64,000 nt of DNA from Bacteroidota bacterium (GCA_029547265.1 JAKPPP010000195.1:795-64794); one strand, 5' to 3'. Shown: positions 31,461 to 41,622, numbered from the stretch's first letter. Translations and numbers: made by a program. Notes: generated from the sequence alone by a model not told the origin.

Positions 31461-32114
31461 ATGAACACCTCTTTACCTTATTCGTACATTGCCATAGAAG
31501 GAAATATTGGAGCAGGAAAAACTTCATTGGCTAAAATCATGTCAACAAAATTCAATGCTGATTTAGCACTGGAAGAGTTCGCCGACAATACTTTTCTTCC
31601 TCAATTTTATGAAAACCCCGAACGATTTGCATTCCCGCTAGAAATGTCTTTTCTAGCGGAACGTTATCAGCAATTGAAATCGCAGCAAGAACTCAGCACT
31701 GCACAAAATAATTTATTAATTAGTGATTATATTTTCGAGAAATCGATGTTGTTTGCTCAAGTGAACTTGAGTAATCATGAATTGGATTTATTTAGACGAT
31801 TTTTTATGATGATAAATCAGTCGTTGAAAAAACCTGAATTGATACTTTATTTACACAAATCGACACCTGCTTTACTCAATAATATTGCTAAACGTGGAAG
31901 AGATTACGAAAAATCGATTCCAGGTGAGTATCTCGACAAGGTTACCGGACAATATCTTCATCACCTAAAACATAATCCATCAAATACAGTTATTATTGTT
32001 GATAGCGATGAATTGGATTTTGTTGAGGACCCTGCTCATTTGAGGTATCTACTCGAACTTGTTCAAAATTCCCATCCGAAAGGTATACAAAGAATAAAGC
32101 CGGATTTAAGGTAA
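31461..32114 (+). CDS. Deoxynucleoside kinase
   Basis: 217 aa. IAIEGNIGAGKTS is the P-loop of the dNK/dCK/dGK family, and the size fits. Confidence 0.85.
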   Translation: MNTSLPYSYIAIEGNIGAGKTSLAKIMSTKFNADLALEEFADNTFLPQFYENPERFAFPLEMSFLAERYQQLKSQQELSTAQNNLLISDYIFEKSMLFAQVNLSNHELDLFRRFFMMINQSLKKPELILYLHKSTPALLNNIAKRGRDYEKSIPGEYLDKVTGQYLHHLKHNPSNTVIIVDSDELDFVEDPAHLRYLLELVQNSHPKGIQRIKPDLR

Positions 32115-32211
32115 AAATGCATAATTTAGCTACATAAAGCGCTGAAATCTGGTCATTTATCCAACTTTTAATTATTATTGCACTATCAAATCACCAAAAA
32201 ACACAATATTA

Positions 32212-33711
32212 ATGAAAATCAAGCACTTACCACTTGTCCTGTTAGTATGTATCGGCGGACAGTTGTTTGCGCAGTCGAGCAACACGAATTACGGACTTCC
32301 AAAAACGAAAGAATACGACCGTTTATCGGCAGGAGTAACAGTTGGCGTTAGTCATTTGTTAGGCGACCTTTTGAAAGGTAAACAAAACAATAATCGCTTC
32401 CTTGAGCAAGCAGAAATGAAGCCTGCTTTTGGTGCACAGTTACACTATCAATTAACTCACTCTATCGGATTACGTGCTCGAGGAATCGTATCGAAATTTG
32501 CAGGTAGAGATGCTGATTACCTTGATACATTAACAAATCAGCCAGTTACTTTAGGAGGTTCAAATCACTCATCTTCTTATCCTATCAGTGAAGTATTGGA
32601 AAGCAAAATGTTTGAAAGCTCATTAGAGATGACGTATAACTTCGGAAATATCAGTTTCTTAGATAGAAATAAGAATTTCCATATGGTCGCAACTTTGGGG
32701 ATCGGATTATTAAATTTCGATGCAACCGTTAAAGAAGATTCAGTGGGTAGCCGTTTACTTCGTAAATCAGGTAATATCACTGAATTAATGGTTCCTGTTT
32801 CATTAGGCTTCAAATACAAAATCAACAAAGTTGATGTAGGTATGGCTTTCGAATACAGAAGAACTTTCACAGATAACGTTGACGCAACAGTTAAAACGTT
32901 CTCGGAATACGATAACTACTTAATGCTAACAGCAGGTGTTAACTATACTTTCGGAAAGAAAAACAAGCCGATGGAATGGGTTAACCCTATGGAAGTTGTT
33001 TACAACGACCTTGCTGACATGAAAGAAAAAATCGATATCCTTTCAGGAGATAAAGATAAAGATGGAGTATCTGACTTATTCGACAAAGACAATAACACAC
33101 CTGAAGGTGCTAAAGTTTATGGCGACGGGACTGCAGTTGACACTGATGGTGATGGTGTAATTGACAGTAAAGATGCTGATCCGTTTACAGCTAAAGGTGC
33201 TAAAGTTGATGCAAATGGTGCTGAAACTGATACTGATGGCGACGGAGTAGCTGATAGCCGTGACTTAGAACCCGGTACTCCTCAAGGTTCATTAGTGAAC
33301 TTCCAAGGTATTACTTTAGCTAAACCGGGTGAATTTGGTAAAGATGGCCTTTCAGGATCTGGCTCTAACGGTAAAAACGGAACAGGATTCTTGCCTAGCG
33401 TATTCTTCGATTTAGGAAGTGCAGGTGTGAAATCAATCTACCACGATCGTATCTTAGTTATTGCTAAAGTAATGAAGGCTAACCCGGATATTAAAGTTAC
33501 TATTACAGGTAATTGCGATGTAAAAGGTGGAGATAACGAAAACCAAAAATTAGGACAACGTCGCGCAGATAACGTAAAGAAAATTCTTGTTAGCGAATTC
33601 GGTATCGATGCAGCACGTTTAACAACAGAAAGCAAAGGAGAAAAAGATCCTATGGCAAGCAAGTTGAATGCGATGAATCGTCGTGTTGATTTTGCTGTAG
33701 ATCAAAAATAA
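32212..33711 (+). CDS. OmpA-family protein with thrombospondin type-3 (Ca-binding) repeats
   Basis: N-terminal beta-barrel, then repeated DKDGDGVSD / DTDGDGVID / DTDGDGVAD and a C-terminal OmpA domain (GNCDVKGGDNENQKLGQRRA...NRRVDF). Confidence 0.8.
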   Translation: MKIKHLPLVLLVCIGGQLFAQSSNTNYGLPKTKEYDRLSAGVTVGVSHLLGDLLKGKQNNNRFLEQAEMKPAFGAQLHYQLTHSIGLRARGIVSKFAGRDADYLDTLTNQPVTLGGSNHSSSYPISEVLESKMFESSLEMTYNFGNISFLDRNKNFHMVATLGIGLLNFDATVKEDSVGSRLLRKSGNITELMVPVSLGFKYKINKVDVGMAFEYRRTFTDNVDATVKTFSEYDNYLMLTAGVNYTFGKKNKPMEWVNPMEVVYNDLADMKEKIDILSGDKDKDGVSDLFDKDNNTPEGAKVYGDGTAVDTDGDGVIDSKDADPFTAKGAKVDANGAETDTDGDGVADSRDLEPGTPQGSLVNFQGITLAKPGEFGKDGLSGSGSNGKNGTGFLPSVFFDLGSAGVKSIYHDRILVIAKVMKANPDIKVTITGNCDVKGGDNENQKLGQRRADNVKKILVSEFGIDAARLTTESKGEKDPMASKLNAMNRRVDFAVDQK

Positions 33712-33736
33712 TTCAATAATAAGCTGAATAGTAATT

Positions 33737-33778
33737 TTAAAATCCCGGAACAATTAAATGTTTCGGGATTTTTTATTT
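33737..33778 (+). terminator. Rho-independent terminator
   Basis: Stem aatcccgga / ttcgggatt with one G.U pair, followed by a T-run. Confidence 0.6.
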
Positions 33779-33876
33779 CAAACGATTTCAATTTCATTTG
33801 AAATAAATAATTATTATTCAATGTTGTTTGATATGTTGAACTTAGTTTATTACATTTGTTATAGGGCAATTACTTT

Positions 33877-34185
33877 ATGAGCAAAATATCTTTCTTCTAC
33901 GACTCAAACTCTGTCTATAAGGTGAGTTTGAAAGCGCTGGTAAAGCGCGACTTTATTATTGAAGAAATGGACCAAAATACCGGGATCATAAAGGCGAGTA
34001 CCAAGAAAAAACTTTTAAAACCATCGATTAAAATCGAACTTGAAATTAAGCCTGTTTCTGATACTCAAACTTCGCTCGACATAAAATCCATTTCCGATAA
34101 ATCTTGGATTACACCTGATGAGTATGAAGCTAAAGCAGAACAGAAATTCATCAACACACTTTATAAGTGTTTCGATGCAATGTGA
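33877..34185 (+). CDS. Hypothetical small protein
   Basis: 102 aa with no motif. It is convergent with the large minus-strand gene. Confidence 0.3.
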   Translation: MSKISFFYDSNSVYKVSLKALVKRDFIIEEMDQNTGIIKASTKKKLLKPSIKIELEIKPVSDTQTSLDIKSISDKSWITPDEYEAKAEQKFINTLYKCFDAM

Positions 34186-34197
34186 TTTTTTAAGAGC

Positions 34198-36864
34198 TTA
34201 ATCTACTTGATATAAACTCAAGCTTTTTTCATCTGATTTCACTACAAACATCATTTCACTATCCGATACAACTATCGGCGTGCTGATACCTGCTTGAGGA
34301 AAACCCTCGTATACAGTTCCGTCTCTGTTTAAGAGATAAAAACGGTTGTCTGTTACTCCGCGGAAAGTAATTAACGACTTGCCTTGTAATGTTAAAACAG
34401 ATGCATCGGTTAACTCTCCTGCATCGGTTTTATATTTAAAAATCACTACACCATCTGCTGTAGTTGCTTGAATTTCACCAGGCTTAAAAACAACAAAATC
34501 ATTTTCATTATCACCATTAACATCTATCGGTAATATAGAAGAAATATCTGTTTGCTGAGAACTGAATAAATCGGCTGTTATGCCATCGGCTTTTGCGACC
34601 TTCACTGCTCCATTTTGCGAAAACATGAATAAACTTAATGTATCGGCAGGGGCAAAAATTGCACTCTCTTTTATGTCTACTAACTTTTCTTTAAGCGTGA
34701 ACTTACGATCACCTTTTTTATCGGCGAAGAAGCATGTTCCCGATTTATCGTTTATGGTTAAATAACTAATGCCATTTAGCTTTGAAAGCCAAACCGGCAT
34801 CGGTACTACATCCTGTAATTTGATTGTGCTAAAGCCATCTAAAGGCTTTCCGGTAAACGAATATCCATATAAACGCATGTTGGAACATGGAATAAAGAAT
34901 TGTCCGTTTACGGAAGGATTTAACGGCAATAACGACATCCCGGCTGAAGCACCTGCAGGCAATCGAATAGGATAATTACCCACATTAGCTCCGGTTGAGT
35001 CTAATAAGTAAATAAACGAACCGGTATTGAAGAGGTATTGATGATTACCGGTACCGTACATATCAATGGCATTTACCTTTCCCTTAATATCACTTTCCAA
35101 TGTTTTCTTCCACTTCACTACTCCATCCCTTCCCAAAGCATATAATTGCAAACGCTCGTCTTGTGCAAATATCAAATCTCCATCTTTCACAGGAATAAAT
35201 GGTCCCGCAGAAATGATTGTATCCAACTTTGTATTCCATACTAAATGAGGACCTTTTACTCCATCATCATAATATCCCATGCAACCATTAGTATTAAATA
35301 CTCCGTCTTTGCTCGCAATATTTAATACGAGTCCGTTCCAACTCTTCAATTTCTCACTGTACTTAGCTAACCAGCTTACCCATTGAGGTGCAGCAACGCT
35401 TCTGAATATCTTTTCGCTTTGAGGAATGCTTCCATAGAAAAATAAACTTCCTTGTTGTGGCACTGCACTAACTAATGAAGAAAAACGAGGATCAGTATTC
35501 AAAAGGTTGTTTGTCTTGATATCATTAATGTATCCTCTTAACGACGAAACTTGATTCGATGCAAGGAAGTATCCATTAATGATGGTATAATAACAACGAT
35601 TCATGCGACCGAATAAAGGCCCGAATACTGCAGGAAGTACATCGGGAACAGGAATATAACGTATAGCATAGCCGTTATATGATTCTTCAGCATTTGAACT
35701 GCCGGCTACTGTTGCCGATAAATCACTCAATTGTTTCTTACATGCGGCTTCATTTTTTACATTAATAGCAGTAAAGTAATGATTGTCATTTCCTGTTGAT
35801 ACCGGCTGAGTTACGATGAGAGAAATCTCATTACCTATCCATCCGGAGAAATATTTACGATAGCCCGCATTGCGTATTATTTCATCAGGTCCTGAAGCAT
35901 TGCGATTTAAATACGATTCTAAATTCGTCAACCATAATTGAGGATCACTTATTCCCCACACAACTGCAGCTGCCGTGCGCGATGGCATAATTGAAGTTAC
36001 CTTAATCGCTACACTCTTTTGCTCACTAAATAATGATAAAAATTGAGTACTGTCGTTAACAATGGTGGTACCTTGAAAGGTAATTTGGTTAGGATGCAAA
36101 TCCATTTTAGCAATCGACCAATCCCCTACTCGCTGCAAGGCATCCATTTTAATGCCTGCCTGGACATTCAATTGCGAACTCACCCATTTGTAAAATCCTG
36201 AGTAACGAATCGCCACCAATAAACTCTTTTCTTTTCCTTCTGTGAATGGAAGCAAACGTAATGCAGGAGAAGGACTCTTAGCCGAGCGCTGCTGACGAAT
36301 GGCATCTTCTACTAAATATGGCGTAAAGCTTCCTATAAACATCCCTTTTGATACCGTCCACGAAAATGTTTGACGATCGCTGGTAGTCATTTCACGGATA
36401 TCAACTCCGTTATAATTCCTTAACTGAATGTCATCAGTTGAGTGAAGCAATGCTTTCACTAATTCATCGGCTTCACCATCGGGATTAGTTCCAACTAGGC
36501 GGATATAGAACAACTCGCTAAAGCTATTGGGACCGGTAACATGTCCTGAGATGATCAAAGGACTGTCCTTAAAAATATCCTTCATCACAGTATTGTTCAC
36601 CATCACTGAATCGAGACGAATTAAGCTCTTGTACCATGAATCAAGAACGGGAACGGAATCATGCTCCTTAAAAAATCCGGTGCGTGCTAACTGTTGTAAG
36701 TTCCCCGATGAAGGATCAACGGAGATCAACCAAGCTACATCGGATGGTACGGCATCGAAAGCTTTCGACGACTCTCCACGGTAATATTGATAGTATAGAA
36801 ACCCTCCTGCCACCAACAAAAGGATGACAACAGAAATAATCGATGAGCTTACAACGCGTTTCAT
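34198..36864 (-). CDS. Large membrane-anchored hypothetical protein with a beta-propeller-like C-terminal half
   Basis: 888 aa with a single N-terminal TM. The C-terminal 350 aa show repeated ...DG.V.W/K... strands suggesting a PQQ/WD-like propeller. There is no catalytic motif. Confidence 0.5.
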   Translation of the reverse strand: MKRVVSSSIISVVILLLVAGGFLYYQYYRGESSKAFDAVPSDVAWLISVDPSSGNLQQLARTGFFKEHDSVPVLDSWYKSLIRLDSVMVNNTVMKDIFKDSPLIISGHVTGPNSFSELFYIRLVGTNPDGEADELVKALLHSTDDIQLRNYNGVDIREMTTSDRQTFSWTVSKGMFIGSFTPYLVEDAIRQQRSAKSPSPALRLLPFTEGKEKSLLVAIRYSGFYKWVSSQLNVQAGIKMDALQRVGDWSIAKMDLHPNQITFQGTTIVNDSTQFLSLFSEQKSVAIKVTSIMPSRTAAAVVWGISDPQLWLTNLESYLNRNASGPDEIIRNAGYRKYFSGWIGNEISLIVTQPVSTGNDNHYFTAINVKNEAACKKQLSDLSATVAGSSNAEESYNGYAIRYIPVPDVLPAVFGPLFGRMNRCYYTIINGYFLASNQVSSLRGYINDIKTNNLLNTDPRFSSLVSAVPQQGSLFFYGSIPQSEKIFRSVAAPQWVSWLAKYSEKLKSWNGLVLNIASKDGVFNTNGCMGYYDDGVKGPHLVWNTKLDTIISAGPFIPVKDGDLIFAQDERLQLYALGRDGVVKWKKTLESDIKGKVNAIDMYGTGNHQYLFNTGSFIYLLDSTGANVGNYPIRLPAGASAGMSLLPLNPSVNGQFFIPCSNMRLYGYSFTGKPLDGFSTIKLQDVVPMPVWLSKLNGISYLTINDKSGTCFFADKKGDRKFTLKEKLVDIKESAIFAPADTLSLFMFSQNGAVKVAKADGITADLFSSQQTDISSILPIDVNGDNENDFVVFKPGEIQATTADGVVIFKYKTDAGELTDASVLTLQGKSLITFRGVTDNRFYLLNRDGTVYEGFPQAGISTPIVVSDSEMMFVVKSDEKSLSLYQVD

Positions 36865-37143
36865 TTACCGTAGTTTCTCAAAGCTACGTCAGAAGACTTC
36901 GTTAATGCACACCGTGAGTAACGCACTTATCTACATATCAATGTTAATAGCATACGCTAAATTATTAACAACTTTAATAATGCATTTTATTGATATATAT
37001 AATAACTTCTAGAGAATATAAATTAAAAGAACTCAATTAACTTGTTGAATATATTTTAATTTTAAACTACAATAACCCAAGTATTTGCCAATAAATCACA
37101 AATGCGATTGAACTTTATAGCCACTAAATAAAATGAAAAACTC

Positions 37144-37935
37144 TTAGTTTTGTATATGGTCGAATGAAAACATATCAGCATAATTATTCGAGATACTTAC
37201 TGCCGTTGTTCCACTCGCTGTGACTATAGGATTATCAACAATTGAGAGATCATAAGGGTTTTTGAAAAATTCAAGAATATCCGTTTTGATGTTAAGTTGA
37301 GGTAAGGTTGTAGTTGTAATAACAAGAGGTTGGCTGCCAAAGGAGATATCTGCCCAATGCAAAGCATAGGTATTATTAGAAGTTTTATATCCACTGATAT
37401 GGTATTGAAAAGCACTATCGATAGTTCCTGCAACAGGTGAATTTCCTTCTAATTTAACAAAGATATATCCGGTATTCCAGTCCCACACCATGCCGTTTGA
37501 TGGGTCTAAATCGCCTGTTTGAACCCCTTGAACGGTTTTAGCACTATCCACTCCAATTAGGAATCGTACACCTTTATATGAGCCTACAGGGAGTCCGCTG
37601 ATAGTTCTTTTGAAGCCTGTCTTGCCCGACTGATCAATCAAATAATAATCGGCTGGTAGAGTAATAACCGTACCGTCATCCTTTATAAAGGAGAAATTCG
37701 ATACATAATAACGTAAAGCCGTAACAGTAAAAGTCTCTCCCGATGAATTTGTATAAACCGAATCTCCGGCAACATTCAAAGGAACACCTCCGGCAGTATT
37801 ATTAAAAATAATTTTTGCTGACCCTGTTGCTGTACTGTTTCCTGTTCCTCCGGTTTGTTCATCGTCTTTCTTGCATGCCGAAAAGGCTATCAATAATACG
37901 CTAATGAATAGAAACAGGGAGTTTTGCTTTTTCAT
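37144..37935 (-). CDS. MbnP-like periplasmic lipoprotein (paralog 1)
   Basis: 263 aa with a lipobox (AFSACKKDDE). It is a paralog of 40118-40918, sharing GETFTVT..(K/R)YYVSN..IKEDG...DP.NGM.WDWN.GYIF.KLEG.SP.AG...YHI.GYK.SNN....FFKNP. It sits next to a di-heme cytochrome-c-peroxidase gene, as MbnP-MbnH pairs do. Confidence 0.5.
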   Translation of the reverse strand: MKKQNSLFLFISVLLIAFSACKKDDEQTGGTGNSTATGSAKIIFNNTAGGVPLNVAGDSVYTNSSGETFTVTALRYYVSNFSFIKDDGTVITLPADYYLIDQSGKTGFKRTISGLPVGSYKGVRFLIGVDSAKTVQGVQTGDLDPSNGMVWDWNTGYIFVKLEGNSPVAGTIDSAFQYHISGYKTSNNTYALHWADISFGSQPLVITTTTLPQLNIKTDILEFFKNPYDLSIVDNPIVTASGTTAVSISNNYADMFSFDHIQN

Positions 37936-38000
37936 GGTTGGGCTTTGTGTATTGCAATATTACGGAATAAAGCCGGCTCATCAAACTGTTTCGACCACCA

Positions 38001-38038
38001 TAAAATAAAAAGGCAGGAAACCTACTAGCCTCCTGCCT
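38001..38038 (-). terminator. Rho-independent terminator after the beta-barrel gene
   Basis: Stem aggcagga / tcctgcct. On the minus strand it is followed by ttttatttt. Confidence 0.6.
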
Positions 38039-38057
38039 GAATTCCATGGAACTATTC

Positions 38058-39032
38058 CTAATCTTTCTTTTTGAAGATAAAACTGTCTTGCGAGAAGTTA
38101 TACGTCAACCCTATTACTGATCGCAACGTAGTAAACATCGTATTGCTCGATTTTGGCTCATTTATGGCTTTTTGAGCCATAATATCAAGTGCAAATTTTC
38201 TGTAGGATACTTGAACCCCAACACCACCTAAAAGCGTTTGCATTCCTGTGCGGTTCTGCAATACATCATTCAGATATTCTCCTTTGGTTTTTTCGTAATT
38301 CACCACAAGGGATGGAAGGATTTGAAATCCGCACCCGATATCAATCTTATAGAACAAACAAGATGAAGCTGAAATACTATTTCCGATTCGCTCGTTAAAG
38401 GCATTGGTTCCATTCAGCTTACCCATTCCATTTAACATGATGCCCCATTGCTTGTAGCCCATCAGATAGGTGGCCATTATTATTGCATCATTTGAGCCTG
38501 TTCCGGGTTGATTAAGAATGGTGATGCGCTGCCCATTTCCATTATCACGATCGTCGCCGGTAGCTAACTTCACACCTGCCCCAACAATTAAGCGATGTTT
38601 TAAATCTGCCGTAATGGTATCATCTATTAAATGATATCCCGCAGTAATGGTAATGTCACCCAAACCTTCCGCAACCGTTGAAGAAGTCCCTACAACTTCT
38701 TTGTTGTTTGCATAAGGAAGTACCATGTTCAATTCGATTCGAGGATGCAGGAAATAGCGCCCACGGATTTCAGTTACCCTGAAAACTTCATATGTAGTAA
38801 CTCCTGCAGTACTATGCCCCGCATGCTCGGTTTTGAAATACGAACCATCGGGGAATAATTCGTTAGAACCTGTAAAATAATCACCTTTAAAGGCTCTATA
38901 ACGATTATAAACGGCAATAAAACTATTCTTTTCATTAGGCATTATGCCCATATATGCTCCACATACATCACACGCAGTTACTGTGGTTTCTGAGAATACA
39001 AAAACCATCAATAACATCATTATTTTTTTCAT
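38058..39032 (-). CDS. Outer-membrane beta-barrel protein with a CxxC motif directly after the signal peptide
   Basis: 324 aa with a signal peptide then TACDVCGAYMG. It has alternating amphipathic strands and a C-terminal aromatic residue. Its start codon abuts the stop of the upstream peroxidase gene (39032/39035). Confidence 0.5.
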   Translation of the reverse strand: MKKIMMLLMVFVFSETTVTACDVCGAYMGIMPNEKNSFIAVYNRYRAFKGDYFTGSNELFPDGSYFKTEHAGHSTAGVTTYEVFRVTEIRGRYFLHPRIELNMVLPYANNKEVVGTSSTVAEGLGDITITAGYHLIDDTITADLKHRLIVGAGVKLATGDDRDNGNGQRITILNQPGTGSNDAIIMATYLMGYKQWGIMLNGMGKLNGTNAFNERIGNSISASSCLFYKIDIGCGFQILPSLVVNYEKTKGEYLNDVLQNRTGMQTLLGGVGVQVSYRKFALDIMAQKAINEPKSSNTMFTTLRSVIGLTYNFSQDSFIFKKKD

Positions 39033-39034
39033 TT

Positions 39035-40066
39035 TTATTGTGCTGAGAATCTTTTATCTGTGATAAAAGTTTGATCAGTTAAAGTGTTTAAGAAAGCAAT
39101 AAGTTGTGCTTTTTCTGCATCAGAAATAGCCATATTACCGCTTGAAAGCAGAGGATCTATAGTTGAACTTTGAACGATTGTTGAACGATAATGATCGATC
39201 ACTTTACTTAAAGAACCTAATCTACCGTCGTGCATATAAGGATACGACAAAACTATATTTCTTAAAGTAGGCACTTTGAATTTTCCTGAGTCGGCTGCAA
39301 GCGTTGTAATTCTTGCTCTTCCGGGATCAGTAAAATGTGCGTCAAGTCCATTATTTCGGTACGACAGATCCGTTAGTAAAGGTTCTTTATGACAAGATTC
39401 GCATTTGCTTTTGAAAATAGTATATCCACTATCTTCAGTTGCTGTAAATGTTGCTTGTCCGTTTCGAACCTGATCATATTTTGAATTTGCAGAAATCAAG
39501 CACGACATAAACTGTGAAAGAGCTCTTAAAATTCCTTGAGAAGTAATTGTATCAGTCCCATAAGCCGAACGAAACATAGAGGGATAAAACGTTGAACGAT
39601 TTAATTTAGCAATTACGCCATTCAACGTTTCATCCATTTCTACAGGATTAGTTATCGGCCCGATAGGCTGAACTTCTATATGATTTGAACCACCATCCCA
39701 AAAGAATTCACTATGCCATGCTAAATTGATGAGCGTAGGTGAATTCCTGGTTCCTAACAAATTATTAATACCGTGACTTACTTTATGATCTACTTGTGCA
39801 AATGCTCCAAACTGTTGATGACATGTACCACAATTCACCGTACTATCCTTAGAAAGAATCGGATCATAAAATAACTTACGACCTAATGCAAAACCTGCAG
39901 TTGTCACAGGATTATTTTGCAGTTGGCCGGAAGGAGCAGGAAAACCATCCGGTACGTAAAACAAAGGCTTTGGCGTTTCCGTTGTTTCATCATCAGATTT
40001 TTTACATGACGATAAAAAAGCAAATGCTAAGACAATTGTAAGACAGAAGTAGAGGTTTTTCGACAT
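39035..40066 (-). CDS. Di-heme cytochrome c peroxidase family enzyme (MbnH/MauG-like)
   Basis: 343 aa lipoprotein with two CxxCH motifs (CGTCH, CESCH), FFWDGG, FKVPTLRN and YMHDGR, which are the bacterial CCP-family hallmarks. Confidence 0.8.
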   Translation of the reverse strand: MSKNLYFCLTIVLAFAFLSSCKKSDDETTETPKPLFYVPDGFPAPSGQLQNNPVTTAGFALGRKLFYDPILSKDSTVNCGTCHQQFGAFAQVDHKVSHGINNLLGTRNSPTLINLAWHSEFFWDGGSNHIEVQPIGPITNPVEMDETLNGVIAKLNRSTFYPSMFRSAYGTDTITSQGILRALSQFMSCLISANSKYDQVRNGQATFTATEDSGYTIFKSKCESCHKEPLLTDLSYRNNGLDAHFTDPGRARITTLAADSGKFKVPTLRNIVLSYPYMHDGRLGSLSKVIDHYRSTIVQSSTIDPLLSSGNMAISDAEKAQLIAFLNTLTDQTFITDKRFSAQ

Positions 40067-40117
40067 ACGTCAAAGATATTAAAGAATGCAGAATGATTAA
40101 ATCTCAAATGACATCAA

Positions 40118-40918
40118 TCACTTTACATCATTATGAATATGATCTAGACTAAACATGTCTACATAATTATCGGCTAGTGTCATTGCTGCTGCACCTGGCG
40201 ACATAATCATTCCATTCGTTGCAATTGAATAATTAGTCGGGTTTTTAAAGAACTCTAATACATCTACCAACATATGAACTTCTGTTTCTCGCTTATTTCC
40301 GTCAACAATTAAAGTAGAAGGATCAAAGTCGATGTGAACGCGACGTTGAGCATTGGTATTGTTAGAGTTTTTATATCCCCCGATATGATACATAAAATCT
40401 CCACCCATACCGGCTGCAGGAGAAGTGCCTTCTAATTTCAAGAAAATATATCCCGCATTCCAATCCCAAAACATTCCGTTTGCCGGATCTAATGCTCCTT
40501 GTTGCGCCCCTGAAACATTACGAGTACTGTCGATTCCTATAGTGTATTCAACACCTTTGTATTTTCCTCCCGGTATATTTTCAAGAACAGCTTCCAAAGA
40601 AGTTGAATCCGCTTCATCAATCAAGAAAACTTGATCAGGGACATTATAAACAGAACCATCTTCTTTAATTAAAGAAACATTCGAAACATAATACTTAAAC
40701 TTAGTAACTGTAAAAGTTTCGCCGGCTCCATTGGTATAATTTGTACCTCCTGTAATATCAATATGTGTTGATCCAGCAATATTGTCGAAAGCTAAAGTAA
40801 CTTCTCCTGTAGCGTACGTGGTAGAAGTAGGAGTTGTAGTATCATCATCTTTTTTACATGATGATATAAATAAGATTGTAAAGAGTGTAATTATTGATAG
40901 GGAAATTGATTTTTTCAT
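40118..40918 (-). CDS. MbnP-like periplasmic lipoprotein (paralog 2)
   Basis: 266 aa with a lipobox (ISSCKKDDD). See 37144-37935 for the shared motifs. Confidence 0.5.
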   Translation of the reverse strand: MKKSISLSIITLFTILFISSCKKDDDTTTPTSTTYATGEVTLAFDNIAGSTHIDITGGTNYTNGAGETFTVTKFKYYVSNVSLIKEDGSVYNVPDQVFLIDEADSTSLEAVLENIPGGKYKGVEYTIGIDSTRNVSGAQQGALDPANGMFWDWNAGYIFLKLEGTSPAAGMGGDFMYHIGGYKNSNNTNAQRRVHIDFDPSTLIVDGNKRETEVHMLVDVLEFFKNPTNYSIATNGMIMSPGAAAMTLADNYVDMFSLDHIHNDVK

Positions 40919-41051
40919 TTTGCGTTTAGTTTAATAGTAAATAGTAAATGAATGAACTCATCAACGAACAATCAATATGAAATTGATTTCGTAAGCTCGA
41001 ATTCATAAATTAATAACATGGGATTAGAATACAATCCCGAAGAAAATACTA

Positions 41052-41423
41052 TTAACCTAATGGTGGCCTAAAAAGTGTATCGGCAAAACCGTCTTCAATT
41101 TTCATTACAACGATTTTGTTCTTAACTATCGATGCGTTGGGATAGAATTGAAAACTAAAATTATCTTGAATAAAGTAAACGATTTCGCTTTTTACCGAAA
41201 ACCCGGCAGCAGGCGACTTCTCACGCTCGTCTTCTTGCTTTAATTCTTTCTTTAATGCACAAGAACCTTTACAACAGTTATCTGGTATGTCCTTCTTAAC
41301 ACATAGCTCTTTAGCGAAATAATCACGGTTTAATTCAAAGTCAATTACAATAATCGATCTACTTACCGATTCTGTTAAAATGGCAAGGATCAGAAAAAGT
41401 GCAACGATGAATTGTGATTTCAC
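41052..41423 (-). CDS. Small secreted protein with a C-x8-CC-x3-C cluster
   Basis: 123 aa with a signal peptide and CVKKDIPDNCCKGSC. It is the first gene of the minus-strand cluster. Confidence 0.4.
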   Translation of the reverse strand: MKSQFIVALFLILAILTESVSRSIIVIDFELNRDYFAKELCVKKDIPDNCCKGSCALKKELKQEDEREKSPAAGFSVKSEIVYFIQDNFSFQFYPNASIVKNKIVVMKIEDGFADTLFRPPLG

Positions 41424-41622
41424 GATGCTAAAGTATGAAAAACATTTCCGTTAATTTATGACAATAGCCATAAAAATCTTACAACTAATTAATTATCTAA
41501 CACTTAAGTTGTATTTTCAAGTGCGTTTTCTTGAAAAATGCTGATTTCGTGCTTTCATTTTACCCCGATTTTGCATGATTTTTATCATTATTATTCAATC
41601 ACTTATAATCTTATTTGGAATT

